Notes: generated by a model from the letters alone, not told the origin. DNA of 64,000 nucleotides from an uncultured Bacteroidales bacterium (GCA_902785075.1 CACZXN010000002.1:22991-86990), one strand, 5' to 3'. Shown: positions 37,236 through 47,715, numbered from the stretch's first letter. Numbers and translations are program-made.

Positions 37236-37670
37236 ATGCCAAAGAAGTTTTACCGTTCTACCCCGATTGATTACGCCGTGTGCCAATATGCAGATTGCCC
37301 TTTGGCTGCCAAATGTCTGCATCAGTTGACCTATCAGCCTTTGTTGGCAGAAGTAACGATTTTGAAATTATTGAATCCCAATAAATGTTCGAAAGACGAA
37401 ACATGTGAGTTCTTTCGCGACTCAAAACCCGTGATGTATGCACGCGGATTCAAGCATTTTCAGCAACAGCTGTATCCTGAACAATATAAGCGTTTTTCTA
37501 TCCGATTGATGGGCGAATTCGGGCGTACAGGCTTCTACGAACGGCGTAGAGGCGAAACTGCCCTTTCGCCAAAAGAACAGCAAATCGTACTCTCTGTGCT
37601 TCAGGAAGTTGGAGCGACTGGCGAATTCAAGTTCAGCTCGTACGAGGAGAATTACAATTGGTTTGATTAG
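37236..37670 (+). CDS. small Cys-rich cytoplasmic protein, unknown function
   Basis: 144 aa from MPKKFYRSTPIDYAVCQYADCPLAAKCLH, with further Cys in NKCSKDETCEFF. No signal peptide. The ORF-track TTG start at 37182 overlaps the promoter box. Confidence 0.65.
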   Translation: MPKKFYRSTPIDYAVCQYADCPLAAKCLHQLTYQPLLAEVTILKLLNPNKCSKDETCEFFRDSKPVMYARGFKHFQQQLYPEQYKRFSIRLMGEFGRTGFYERRRGETALSPKEQQIVLSVLQEVGATGEFKFSSYEENYNWFD

Positions 37671-37709
37671 CCTCTCAATGCAGGCATAGTACGTCAGCCA
37701 AAATACTCG

Positions 37710-37774
37710 AGTACGCCTTAAGGCGCACTCGAGTGCGCCCTAAGGCGAACTGCAGTGCGCCCTAGGGCGCACTA
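37710..37774. repeat. 65-bp palindrome-chain repeat, copy 1 (inverted partner at 55215-55279)
   Basis: AGTACGCCTTAAGGCGCACTCGAGTGCGCCCTAAGGCGAACTGCAGTGCGCCCTAGGGCGCACTA is the exact reverse complement of 55215-55279. Confidence 0.95.
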
Positions 37775-37952
37775 ATCTCCGCACCTATCGTTTCGTATCG
37801 AAAGCTTGGAGAACAAATGCGAAATGCGCTTAAAGTGCGAAACAACCCCTATCTTGCTATACGAGGAGATGGTTTTCTGCTACCTTCGAACCATTATACC
37901 AATCGCTTGGTCGATTTTGCCGAAAATATTTTGTAGGGTCGGTCAGATGTTG

Positions 37953-37960
37953 TAACTTTG
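37953..37960 (+). promoter_or_regulatory. -7 box TAACTTTG upstream of the M16 peptidase gene
   Basis: Consensus match, 113 nt upstream of the ATG at 38074. Confidence 0.45.
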
Positions 37961-38073
37961 CACAGCTAATTATAGAATTTTAGCTGTTGAAGTGAAAAAA
38001 ACACCATTTTTCTGTAGTGAATGATTGTTATTTGCGTCAAACGGACAAAAAGCTTTTAATGTTAAATAAAGAA

Positions 38074-40902
38074 ATGAAAAAAATCATGATGTCGTTAGCA
38101 TTGGTGCTGACCATGCTGACAAGTGCGAATGCACAACAATTGCAAATACCCAACCTGCCGCTCGACCCAGCAGTGAAGATGGGTACATTGGATAATGGGT
38201 TGACTTATTACATCCGCCACAACGAATGGCCTGAGCAGCGTGCCAACTTCTACATCGCTCAGAAGGTAGGTTCGATGCAGGAGGAGGACGACCAGCGAGG
38301 ATTGGCTCACTTCCTTGAGCACATGTGTTTCAACGGAACCACTCACTTCCCAGGTAATGCCCTGAAAACTTACTTGGAAACTATTGGTGTGAAATTCGGT
38401 GAGAACCTGAACGCTTACACCAGCTTCGACGAAACAGTTTATAATATAGATAATGTGCCAGTTATCTCCAACCCTCAGTCGATCGACTCTTGTCTGCTGA
38501 TTCTGCACGACTGGAGCCACGACCTGTTGCTCGAAGGCAAGGAAATCGACAAGGAGCGTGGTGTGATTGAAGAAGAGTGGCGTATGCGTAGCAGCGCCCA
38601 GCAGCGTATTCTCGAAAAGGCGCTACCGGTATTGTTCGAGGGCAGCAAATATGCTCATCGTATGCCAATCGGCACGATGGAAATCGTAAAGAACTTCCCT
38701 TATGAGACCATCCGCAAGTACTACAGAAAGTGGTATCGTCCTGATCTCCAGGCAATTGTAGTAGTGGGCGATGTGGATGTAGATGCTATCGAAGCAAAGA
38801 TTAAGAGCATCTTCTCAGACATCAAACCAGCTCCAGCTGATGCAGCTAAGCGTGAGTATTTCACAGTAGCAGAAAACAAGGAGCCTATTTTCTCTGTTCA
38901 CAGCGACAAGGAACAGCAGCGTTCACAGATGAACATCCTGTGGAAACACGAAGCCTTCCCTCGTGAGATGAAAAATACAGCACTGAACTATGCCCAAAAC
39001 TATCTCATGGGTGCTATGGGAGGTATGCTTCGCACCCGTATAGCAGAACTGATGCAGAAGGAAAACCCACCGTTCCTAGGTGGAGGCATTTCGTTTAACG
39101 ACGACTATCTGGTAACCAACGCAATGGCTTGTTCGGGTTTCTCAATCGCATTTGCTGACAATCAGCACAAGCGCGCCATCGAAGCGATGTATCGTGAAAT
39201 GCTCAGAGCAGAACGATTCGGTTTCACTGTCAGCGAGTACGAGCGCTATCGTGAAGAGTACAAGGCAAGTATTGAAAATATGTACGAGCGTCGTGACAAA
39301 ATCAGCAACAACTCTTATGTAAACGAATACATACGTCACTTCCTCGACAACGAGGCAGCTCCAGGTATCGAATGGGAACACACCAACCTCATTCAGATTG
39401 CTGATCAAGTGAGCGTTGAAGCTATCAATCAGGCACTTGAACAACTGGTTAACGACCGCAAAGGGGCAGCTCCTGTCATCTTCGGTATGTTCCCAGAAAA
39501 AGAAGGACTCACCCTGCCTACCAAAGACGAAGTGCTGGCCATCCTCAAGGCTGTCGAAGCAGAAGAAATCGAAGCCTACAAGGAAGAAGTGTCAGACGAA
39601 CCAATCCTTGACGAAAGCAAGCTGAAAGGCAGCAAAATCAAGAAAACAGAAAAAGCTGCATTCGACTTCACAAAACTGACACTCGCAAACGGTATCGAAA
39701 TCTTCGTACGCAAGACCGACTTCACACCAAACAACATCTCAATGTCAGCTCAAAGCTGGGGTGGAACCTCCCTGTATGGTGAAAAAGACTATCTCGACAT
39801 CAGCAACGCATCAAGCATCAGCATGGGCGGTTGGGGCAACTTCTCTGCAATCGATATGAGCAAGAAACTCGCAGGAATCAAAGCCAGCGTAGGTCCTTCA
39901 ATCGGCACACGCTCAGAAGGAATGAGTGGTAGCTGTGTGACCAAAGACTTCGAAACCATGCTGAAGCTCACTTATCTGGCCTTCACCTCTCCACGTAAAG
40001 ACGAAGAAGTGTTCAAATCAACAATGGCTCGCTCAAAGGCACAAATTGAGAATGCAGAACTCAACCCACAGACAGCACTCTCAGATACCGTGCAGCATGT
40101 CATCTATAACAACCACTATATGGTTCGCCGCACAAAGCCAGCTGATATCGACAAACTCAACTACGACCACATGATTCAGCTCTACAAGGAACGCTTTGCT
40201 GATGCAAACGACTTCCAGTTCTACTTCATCGGCGACATCGATATCGAAGCAGCTAAACCTCTGTTCGAGAAGTATCTGGGTAGCCTTCCTACACTCAAAT
40301 CGAAGGAGACATACAAGGTAGTCGACCTTAAGATGGCAACAGGTAAGAAAGAAAACATCTTCACCAAAGAGCAGGAAACTCCAAATGCAATCGTAATCGA
40401 ACTCTACCACGCTCCAATGCAGGAAAACCTGAAGAATATCCTCGCAGTCGACATGCTGGAACAAAGCCTCCAGATGCTCTTCACAGAAACTGTTCGTGAA
40501 GACGAAGGAGGAGCATACGGAGTAGGTGTCAATGCAGGCATATCTGACTATCCAGAGAAACGTGCCCAGCTCGTCATTCAGCTCCCAACAGCACCAGAGA
40601 AGCGTGCCCGCATGATGGAAATCATCGATAAAGGACTTGCCGATATGGCTGCAAACGGTCCGAAAGCAGAAGACATGCAGAAGATCAAGGAATACATGCT
40701 TCGCAGTCATGACGAAAGCCTCAAGACAAACGGCTACTGGATGGGAGCAATCCAGAACCTGGTTCGTGAAAACAAGAACTATGTGGACGGCTATGTTGAC
40801 GCAGTCAATAGCATCACAATCAAAGATGTACAGCAGGTAGCCAAGACCATTATCGAAAGCGGAAACCGCATCGTAGTCGGTATGACAAGCCCAGTGAAAT
40901 AA
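38074..40902 (+). CDS. M16-family zinc metallopeptidase (insulinase-like), secreted
   Basis: Signal MKKIMMSLALVLTMLTSANAQ. Inverted zinc motif HFLEHMCF (HxxEH). About 940 aa, two-halves M16 architecture. Confidence 0.85.
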   Translation: MKKIMMSLALVLTMLTSANAQQLQIPNLPLDPAVKMGTLDNGLTYYIRHNEWPEQRANFYIAQKVGSMQEEDDQRGLAHFLEHMCFNGTTHFPGNALKTYLETIGVKFGENLNAYTSFDETVYNIDNVPVISNPQSIDSCLLILHDWSHDLLLEGKEIDKERGVIEEEWRMRSSAQQRILEKALPVLFEGSKYAHRMPIGTMEIVKNFPYETIRKYYRKWYRPDLQAIVVVGDVDVDAIEAKIKSIFSDIKPAPADAAKREYFTVAENKEPIFSVHSDKEQQRSQMNILWKHEAFPREMKNTALNYAQNYLMGAMGGMLRTRIAELMQKENPPFLGGGISFNDDYLVTNAMACSGFSIAFADNQHKRAIEAMYREMLRAERFGFTVSEYERYREEYKASIENMYERRDKISNNSYVNEYIRHFLDNEAAPGIEWEHTNLIQIADQVSVEAINQALEQLVNDRKGAAPVIFGMFPEKEGLTLPTKDEVLAILKAVEAEEIEAYKEEVSDEPILDESKLKGSKIKKTEKAAFDFTKLTLANGIEIFVRKTDFTPNNISMSAQSWGGTSLYGEKDYLDISNASSISMGGWGNFSAIDMSKKLAGIKASVGPSIGTRSEGMSGSCVTKDFETMLKLTYLAFTSPRKDEEVFKSTMARSKAQIENAELNPQTALSDTVQHVIYNNHYMVRRTKPADIDKLNYDHMIQLYKERFADANDFQFYFIGDIDIEAAKPLFEKYLGSLPTLKSKETYKVVDLKMATGKKENIFTKEQETPNAIVIELYHAPMQENLKNILAVDMLEQSLQMLFTETVREDEGGAYGVGVNAGISDYPEKRAQLVIQLPTAPEKRARMMEIIDKGLADMAANGPKAEDMQKIKEYMLRSHDESLKTNGYWMGAIQNLVRENKNYVDGYVDAVNSITIKDVQQVAKTIIESGNRIVVGMTSPVK

Positions 40903-41124
40903 ACATCGAACAGATAACAACTTTCTTTATTATATAATAAGGTGTGGTGAGAAACTGCACCTTATTATTTATATAGCAGCACCAATAGGAATTTTTCTAT
41001 AGCGTTTAGGAATTCCCCTATTTTTCCCAATCTTTTTATTTTTGCTTTAAACCTTTTAAACTCCCAACTATCAAAAGGATGCAAAGTTGAAATTCATTAT
41101 TAACAATTCAAACATTAAAGCATT

Positions 41125-41640
41125 ATGAAAAAATTAGTTATCGCACTCGTAGCAATGATGATTACTACATGCAGTTTTGCTCAGGCTCCTCAGGGCATGG
41201 GCGGTGGTATGAGACAGTTCAACCCAGAAGACATGGCTAAGCGTCAGGCAGACCGTATGAAGGAAACTTGTGGCCTCAACGATGAGCAGTACAAGAAAGT
41301 AACTGAATACTACGTAGAGCAGTCAAAGGCTCAGATGGAGCAGATGCAGAAGATGATGCAAGGTGGCCAAGGTGGTGGTCAGATGGACTTCCAGGCTATG
41401 CAGAAGCAGATGCAGGAGCGTCAGGAAGCTCAGAACAAGTTCTTGAAGGGTGTGCTCACAGAAGATCAGTTCAAGAAGTACGAGAAGGCTCAGGAAGAGC
41501 AGCGTCGTAACTTCCAGGGATTCGGTGGCGGTCAAGGCGGTCCTCAGGGACAGCGTCCACAAGGTCAGCGTCCACAGGGACAGCGTCCTCAGGGTGGTGG
41601 CTTCCCAGGCGGTGGCTTCCCAGGCGGCGGTCAGCAATAA
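41125..41640 (+). CDS. periplasmic LTXXQ-motif (Spy/CpxP-like) protein with Q/G/M-rich repeats
   Basis: Signal peptide ending SFAQA. LNDEQYKKV and LTEDQFKKY match LTXXQ-like motifs. C-terminal GQRPQ x3 and GGFPGG x2. Confidence 0.6.
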   Translation: MKKLVIALVAMMITTCSFAQAPQGMGGGMRQFNPEDMAKRQADRMKETCGLNDEQYKKVTEYYVEQSKAQMEQMQKMMQGGQGGGQMDFQAMQKQMQERQEAQNKFLKGVLTEDQFKKYEKAQEEQRRNFQGFGGGQGGPQGQRPQGQRPQGQRPQGGGFPGGGFPGGGQQ

Positions 41641-41660
41641 ACTCAATAAGTATATAAGGT

Positions 41661-41708
41661 TCTCAAAGACTTTGAGAGAGGTCAATGCAGTTAGCATTGA
41701 CCTTTTTT
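41661..41708 (+). terminator. tandem hairpins plus T-run
   Basis: TCTCAAA gac TTTGAGA, then GGTCAATGC agtta GCATTGACC, followed by TTTTTT (41703-41708). Confidence 0.75.
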
Positions 41709-41821
41709 ATTCACTGATACCCTCGAACTTTAAAGAAGAGAAAGAAAATGATAGCATAAAGATAGAAAAAAAGCAAATTGTAAATAGTAAATGCTAAATA
41801 ATTCGTATCTTTGCACTCAAA

Positions 41822-43348
41822 ATGAAGCAAAGCTATATGGAACAGAATCTTTTGATATATAACACACTGACTCGGCAAAAAGAATTATTCCGCCCACTCA
41901 ATGCACCACATGTAGGGATGTATGTATGCGGACCTACTGTATATGGTGATGCCCACCTAGGACATGCACGCCCAGCTATTACGTTCGACATCGTATTCCG
42001 CTACCTACAGCATCTTGGCTACAAAGTAAGATATGTGCGCAATATTACAGATGTAGGACATTTGGAGCATGATGCCGATGAAGGAGAGGATAAGATAGCG
42101 AAAAAAGCACGTTTGGAACAATTGGAACCAATGGAAGTGGCTCAGTATTACACTAACCGTTTCCATGATGCAATGGCTGCCTTGAACGTATTACCACCAT
42201 CTATCGAACCACATGCTACTGGTCACATCATCGAACAGGAACAATTGGTACAGGAAATCCTCGATAACGGATTCGCATACGAATCGAACGGTTCTGTCTA
42301 TTTCGATGTAGAAGCCTACAATAAAAAACATAAGTACGGAATCCTATCCGGACGTAATCTCGATGACATCATCAACAACTCACGCGAGTTGGCTGGTGTC
42401 GGCGAAAAGAAAAACCAAGCAGACTTTGCCTTGTGGAAAAAGGCATTACCCGAACATATCATGCGCTGGCCATCAAAGTGGAGCGACGGATTCCCTGGAT
42501 GGCACTGCGAGTGCACAGCAATGGGACGTAAATATCTTGGAAACCATTTCGACATACATGGAGGCGGTATGGACCTCATCTTCCCACACCATGAATGCGA
42601 AATAGCACAGGCGGTTGCCAGCCAAGGTGACCAAATGGTACACTACTGGGTACACAACAACATGATTACCATCAATGGGCAAAAGATGGGAAAGAGTCTT
42701 GGGAATTTCATCACCTTGCAAGAATTCTTTGACGGCAGTCATAAGGATAAAGATGGTAACGAAATGCTGACACAGGCCTATGCACCTATGACAATTCGAT
42801 TCTTCATCCTTCAAGCTCACTACCGCAGTACTGTTGACTTCAGCAACGATGCACTTATCTCGGCAGAGAAAGGCCTGGAACGATTGATGGATGCTCACAA
42901 AGCATTAAAATCTATCCAACCGACAAACGAAGGAACTGTAGATATGGCATTTGTTGATGACCTACGCCAAAAATGCTATGAAGCATTGAACGACGATTTC
43001 AACACCCCAATAGTTATCAGCAACCTTTTCGATGCCACACGTGTCATCAATCAGATTGTCGACAAGAAAGCCACTATTACAGCTGCCGTTTTGGAAGAAC
43101 TTACCAAGGTATTCGAGTTGTTTACCTTCGATCTGTTAGGCTTGAAGTCATCCGTAAGCGGACAGAATGGAGGCGCTGCACGCGAAGAAGCATTTGGTAA
43201 AGTGGTGGATATGCTACTTGAGCAACGTATGAAGGCAAAAGCCAACAAGGACTGGGCTACTAGCGACATGATTCGTGACCAATTAGCAGCATTAGGCTTC
43301 GAGGTTAAAGATACGAAAGACGGATTCACTTGGAAACTGAACAAATAA
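41822..43348 (+). CDS. cysS: cysteine--tRNA ligase
   Basis: HIGH motif ([10 protein letters not shown]) and KMSKS variant (QKMGKSLGN). 508 aa. The -7 box TATCTTTG at 41806-41813 makes the ATG at 41837 (MEQNLLIY) a plausible true start. Confidence 0.9.
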   Translation: MKQSYMEQNLLIYNTLTRQKELFRPLNAPHVGMYVCGPTVYGDAHLGHARPAITFDIVFRYLQHLGYKVRYVRNITDVGHLEHDADEGEDKIAKKARLEQLEPMEVAQYYTNRFHDAMAALNVLPPSIEPHATGHIIEQEQLVQEILDNGFAYESNGSVYFDVEAYNKKHKYGILSGRNLDDIINNSRELAGVGEKKNQADFALWKKALPEHIMRWPSKWSDGFPGWHCECTAMGRKYLGNHFDIHGGGMDLIFPHHECEIAQAVASQGDQMVHYWVHNNMITINGQKMGKSLGNFITLQEFFDGSHKDKDGNEMLTQAYAPMTIRFFILQAHYRSTVDFSNDALISAEKGLERLMDAHKALKSIQPTNEGTVDMAFVDDLRQKCYEALNDDFNTPIVISNLFDATRVINQIVDKKATITAAVLEELTKVFELFTFDLLGLKSSVSGQNGGAAREEAFGKVVDMLLEQRMKAKANKDWATSDMIRDQLAALGFEVKDTKDGFTWKLNK

Positions 43349-43388
43349 TCTCTATAGCACTAAAGAATAAGAACCTATTCCAAATGAT

Positions 43389-43589
43389 ATGAGCAAATTC
43401 CAAAGAATACTACAAAAATCACAGAAGATACTGATGTTCACATCCTTATTCTTCTTGGTCGTTTGCTTAGGTGCCTCGATTTGGGCCGCTAATGTCTTAA
43501 ACGATAATTCTCTGTACTTATACTCAGCAGTTTTTGTACTAGCAATTATCTGGTTCAGTATCACCATCTATCGAAGTTATAAAAAATAA
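43389..43589 (+). CDS. small two-TM membrane protein (hypothetical)
   Basis: 66 aa with two clear hydrophobic helices (MFTSLFFLVVCLGASIWAA and LYSAVFVLAIIWFSITIY). Sits between cysS and a strong terminator. No other support. Confidence 0.4.
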   Translation: MSKFQRILQKSQKILMFTSLFFLVVCLGASIWAANVLNDNSLYLYSAVFVLAIIWFSITIYRSYKK

Positions 43590-43602
43590 GTGATGCGAAA
43601 AC

Positions 43603-43647
43603 AAAAATCCTCCCTTGAACGCTTAATTCAAGGGAGGATTTCTTTTT
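43603..43647. terminator. bidirectional intrinsic terminator
   Basis: 14-bp perfect stem, AATCCTCCCTTGAA (43606-43619) with TTCAAGGGAGGATT (43627-43640). Flanked by an A-run upstream and TCTTTTT downstream. Lies between convergent genes. Confidence 0.85.
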
Positions 43648-43656
43648 GGAAATTCA

Positions 43657-46600
43657 CTATTCCAATAATTTCATTAAAGTATTATCATCAGGATGTTCCG
43701 AATAGTAAGCGATAAACTCCTTAGGCGTCATACCAAAGTAATCACGGAACGTATTACTAAAATGAGAGTGAGACGAGAAACCAACTCGATAGGCTACTTC
43801 AGACACATTCACATTATTGTTTATCAAAAGGTATGCTGCTTGTTTCAAACGATAAGAACGAATGAAGTTATTTGGCGATACACCATAGCGGTCTTTCATT
43901 TTCCTATTCAGATGAACTCGGCTGATTCCTACTATGTTTGCCAACTCGTTCACTCCAAATGAGGAATCATCAAGGTTCTTCTTCAAACTCTCATTGATAC
44001 GTGCAAACAACTTATCATCAGCACTATCGATTGTTTTTTCTGTGTAGTCATAATCAACTTCTGTACGACGCATCTTACCCATCATTTTCTCACGTACCTT
44101 GATACCTTGAATAATTGCACTCTTCAGTTTCAACACATTGAATGGCTTACTGATGAAATGATCGACTTGCAGATTCAAACTATTTATCTCAGCCATATCA
44201 CTATTCTCGCTAGTCAGCATGATGATAGGGATACTATCCGTCTCAGGATTGGACTTAATTCGTTTGCTTAACTCAATACCATTTCCGTCAGGCATCCGAA
44301 TATCTGTCACAACAGCATCAGGGCGAGTCTTCAGAATCTCCTGCCAAGCTTCGTTACCACTATTAGCAGTAAACACGTTAAATGCATCGCTGATTTGCGT
44401 TTTTATGTAAAGGCACAAGTTCTTATCATCATCGACAACCAAGACCGTCTTCTTTGTTTTGTCAACATTGTCAGATTCTTCATCTGTTTCTTGCTCCATT
44501 TCTATATTTGCAAACAAATCATCCTTTGTTTGGAATTCAGAGTCTTCTTCGCCTCGGGGTGACAGTTCCTCTTCTGTTAGATGAATCTTATGTAATGGGA
44601 ATCGCAAGACAAACTCAACACCGTCTGGTTCCATATTATGAACATTTATAGTACCGTGATGTAAGTTTACGAGTTCGTTTACAAGATTCAATCCGATACC
44701 TGAGCCTATCGTCTCATTAGTCACATTATTTGCTTGGAAGAACCGTTCAAAGACATGAGGAATATCCTCCTCTGAGATATACGAACCACTATTGTATATT
44801 CTAATCTCGAACCAATCTATTGCATCTTCCATAAGACTCTTAGTCCTTACGAGTATACGTCCGTTTTCGGGTGTATATTTAAAAGCATTTGACAGAATAT
44901 TCGAAAGGATCTTCTCAAAATGTACCTTATCAACCCATAATGTCTCACTCGGATTGAGGTGGTCGATACGATAATCGATATTCTTGGCTTTCGCATATGA
45001 TGAGAAAGAATCAAACACATCCTTCGAATAGTCGTTGAAATTCACTTCCGAGAAATGAAGATGGAATTGTCCATTATCAATTTTACGTATATCAGTTATC
45101 TGTTTTACGGTCGTAATCAAACGGTCACAATTCAATTTCATAACATTATACATTCCCAACAGACCTTGATCAGTGGTCGAAGCTATCAATTGGGAAAGTG
45201 GGGAGACAATCATCGTCAACGGAGAACGGAGTTCGTGAGCAATGCTGGTAAACATCCTTAATTTAGCTTCTTTCAGGTTTTCTTCCTGTCTGACTGCCAA
45301 CAACAACTGTTGCTGACGTTTCCGCTCCGCATAGATTCTAAAGCCAAAATAGCCAAGAATAAAGAGTACAATGAAATAGGTTAACCATGCAGCGACAGTA
45401 TTGTACCATGGTTGATGGATATTGATTAGCAATGTCTTTTCTATAGCAGATTGTTCGTTGTTCTCCAAATAAGCTTTAAGATGAAGCTTATATGAACCTG
45501 GCGGCAGGTTTGGATAATTAGCCTCCAGGTCAGCACTTGCAAGATGCCATTCTTGGTCATACCCTTCAAGATAATATTGGAAGCGCACTTGATTTGGAGT
45601 TGCAAACTCAGGAACACCAAACGATACTGCAACAGAGTTTTGATCGTGCGACAAAGATAGTTCCGACAGAGCAATTACATTGGCATTCATCGCATTCTGA
45701 TGCTTAAATGGTATATAGCGGATAGGCGCTCCATTAATCCTCACAGACGTAAAGCTAATATCATGAATCAATTTCTTCGGCACTCTCATCAATGTCGCAT
45801 TAAACTTGATGATTCCATTATCACCACCAAATACAATATCATGCGAAGGGGTCATAACGTGAGCATTACGATGGAACTCTCCAATATAGTATCCGTCAAA
45901 CGATGAATAGCTATAGGACTTCATCGATTGCTTGTCAATACGCATGACCGATTTTGATGTTGTCAGCCAAATATCTTTGTCAGCAACTTCAATTGATTTA
46001 ACATTCTCTTCAGGGAGAATCTCAAACGACTCGCCATTCTGTATATTATAAGAGATAAGCCCCTGATTCGTTCCTACCAATAGGGTTTTGTTCATGATGG
46101 CAATACACTGAGGCATCAGGATACTCGATTTAGGGAATTTCACTTCCTCACCTTTCTTGGTTTCGATGTTATAAGAGAAAATACCTTGTGCAGTTCCTAT
46201 CCAAAGTGTACCAAAGTCATCACAACATAGCGAATAAATCCACCCATTGAACGACATCGTAGAAAATAGGTTGGTAACCGTTTTGTTAATCAAATCAACA
46301 ACAAAGACTCCCTGTCCATTCGTACCGACAAACAACAAGTCTTTTTGTGGATAGTATTTTAACATCATTACAAAACTGGTTGATAGGAACTTTAGCCAAT
46401 CTGGCGTCACAAACTGGTTTCCTTGTAGGTATTGTAAACCTCCACCATACGAACCTACCCAAACCGTATTTCGCTTATCGATAGCAATCGTTTGAACTAA
46501 AGAAGATGCTAATCCATTAGAATAGGGTGTAGTGGTTTGGTTTCTTCCTTTAATTTCAAGTTTGAACACTCCACAGCCGTCTGTTCCTACCCAAAATGCA

Positions 46601-47715
46601 TGGTTGTCGTATGCAATAGATGTCACACTTGTTGCATTTAGTTTGTTGTCGTTTGGAGAGAATGCATAATAGCCAATCTCGTTTCTATTTCTTGGTACGA
46701 CAAACACTCCTTTCTGCGCAAACCCAATAATCAGATTACCCTCTTTGTCAGCCGCAAAGGATCTAACTTTGGCAAACTCGATATTCATGCTTGGATCATT
46801 ATAGTGGAATGACGACAACGTTTCCTCTGAAGTCATTTGCCACAATCCATGATTATCTGTTCCTACGAGTATTTTATTGTTCTGATCTTCAAACAAGGTG
46901 GTTATCGGCATCGGGTTGGTGAGCGCATTTGGTGTCGCTCTCAAGATTTTCTGCTGATTATCATATACCAAAATACCATGTCCCGTACCGAAATAAATAT
47001 TCTTGTTTTTATGGCTTTGGATTATAGAGGTGACATTATTAGTCATAAGAATACGATCCACATCAGGAGTGGTTTGATATGTTTGCAAAGTCATCGATTT
47101 CAGGTCAATCTTGAATACTTGTCGAAAAACCACACACCCCCAAAGATTACCATCTGAGTCAATATATATCTGTGAACAGAAAGGGAATGGGGCAATTTTT
47201 CGTAGTTTCCTCGTGATGACAGTATCTACTTCCTGTGTCTCTGTGTTAAAGACAAACAAGCCATTACCTTCAGTCGAAATCAATTTCATATCAGGTTCTA
47301 TATAATCAATGATATGATTCACAGAATAACCCATTACAGAATCCTCATCCACACTCAGTATCTTATGCTCGAGGGTGCAATTTCTTCCGTTCAACAAATA
47401 CAGACCATTACTCGTTGCTAACCAATACTGGTCGTCTCGAAATTCTACAACCTTTTTATAAGCATTAATAGCACTATGATTAGGGAATAGTTTTGTAACA
47501 TCATAAAAATGGGTACCATCGAACACGTTTATTTCTGAAACACAGGAAATCCATGCCAGTCCTTTTGAGTCAATATCTACAGAATACATGTCGCTGGAGG
47601 TCAAACCTGATTGTGTTGTGTAAAGTCTAGAAACTTGCGCAAATGTAACATTGCAGATTGGTAACATCAAACATAATACAGCAAATTTATGAATGATTAT
47701 TGAAAAGTATTTCAT
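43657..47715 (-). CDS. hybrid two-component system sensor kinase/response regulator (HTCS) with AraC-type HTH
   Basis: 1352 aa. Signal/anchor, periplasmic beta-propeller-like repeats and one TM (AAWLTYFIVLFILGYFGF). HisKA (FTSIAHELRSPLT), HATPase (GSGIGLNLV), receiver (VLVVDDD...DIRMPDGNG). C-terminal AraC HTH (SHSHFSNTFRDYFGMTPKEF). Confidence 0.9.
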   Translation of the reverse strand: MKYFSIIIHKFAVLCLMLPICNVTFAQVSRLYTTQSGLTSSDMYSVDIDSKGLAWISCVSEINVFDGTHFYDVTKLFPNHSAINAYKKVVEFRDDQYWLATSNGLYLLNGRNCTLEHKILSVDEDSVMGYSVNHIIDYIEPDMKLISTEGNGLFVFNTETQEVDTVITRKLRKIAPFPFCSQIYIDSDGNLWGCVVFRQVFKIDLKSMTLQTYQTTPDVDRILMTNNVTSIIQSHKNKNIYFGTGHGILVYDNQQKILRATPNALTNPMPITTLFEDQNNKILVGTDNHGLWQMTSEETLSSFHYNDPSMNIEFAKVRSFAADKEGNLIIGFAQKGVFVVPRNRNEIGYYAFSPNDNKLNATSVTSIAYDNHAFWVGTDGCGVFKLEIKGRNQTTTPYSNGLASSLVQTIAIDKRNTVWVGSYGGGLQYLQGNQFVTPDWLKFLSTSFVMMLKYYPQKDLLFVGTNGQGVFVVDLINKTVTNLFSTMSFNGWIYSLCCDDFGTLWIGTAQGIFSYNIETKKGEEVKFPKSSILMPQCIAIMNKTLLVGTNQGLISYNIQNGESFEILPEENVKSIEVADKDIWLTTSKSVMRIDKQSMKSYSYSSFDGYYIGEFHRNAHVMTPSHDIVFGGDNGIIKFNATLMRVPKKLIHDISFTSVRINGAPIRYIPFKHQNAMNANVIALSELSLSHDQNSVAVSFGVPEFATPNQVRFQYYLEGYDQEWHLASADLEANYPNLPPGSYKLHLKAYLENNEQSAIEKTLLINIHQPWYNTVAAWLTYFIVLFILGYFGFRIYAERKRQQQLLLAVRQEENLKEAKLRMFTSIAHELRSPLTMIVSPLSQLIASTTDQGLLGMYNVMKLNCDRLITTVKQITDIRKIDNGQFHLHFSEVNFNDYSKDVFDSFSSYAKAKNIDYRIDHLNPSETLWVDKVHFEKILSNILSNAFKYTPENGRILVRTKSLMEDAIDWFEIRIYNSGSYISEEDIPHVFERFFQANNVTNETIGSGIGLNLVNELVNLHHGTINVHNMEPDGVEFVLRFPLHKIHLTEEELSPRGEEDSEFQTKDDLFANIEMEQETDEESDNVDKTKKTVLVVDDDKNLCLYIKTQISDAFNVFTANSGNEAWQEILKTRPDAVVTDIRMPDGNGIELSKRIKSNPETDSIPIIMLTSENSDMAEINSLNLQVDHFISKPFNVLKLKSAIIQGIKVREKMMGKMRRTEVDYDYTEKTIDSADDKLFARINESLKKNLDDSSFGVNELANIVGISRVHLNRKMKDRYGVSPNNFIRSYRLKQAAYLLINNNVNVSEVAYRVGFSSHSHFSNTFRDYFGMTPKEFIAYYSEHPDDNTLMKLLE

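Noticed and set aside
40081-40920. 279-aa ORF antisense to the M16 peptidase gene
   Set aside because: It lies entirely within and opposite a gene that has clear motifs (HxxEH). Its composition is Cys/His/Val/Phe-rich, typical of antisense translation. There is no promoter box and no independent support.
41323-41797. 124-aa (minus) and 115-aa (plus, alternative frame) ORFs overlapping the LTXXQ protein gene
   Set aside because: These are artefacts of the low-complexity Q/G/M-rich repeats, which remain open in several frames. The frame carrying the signal peptide and LTXXQ motifs is the coding one.
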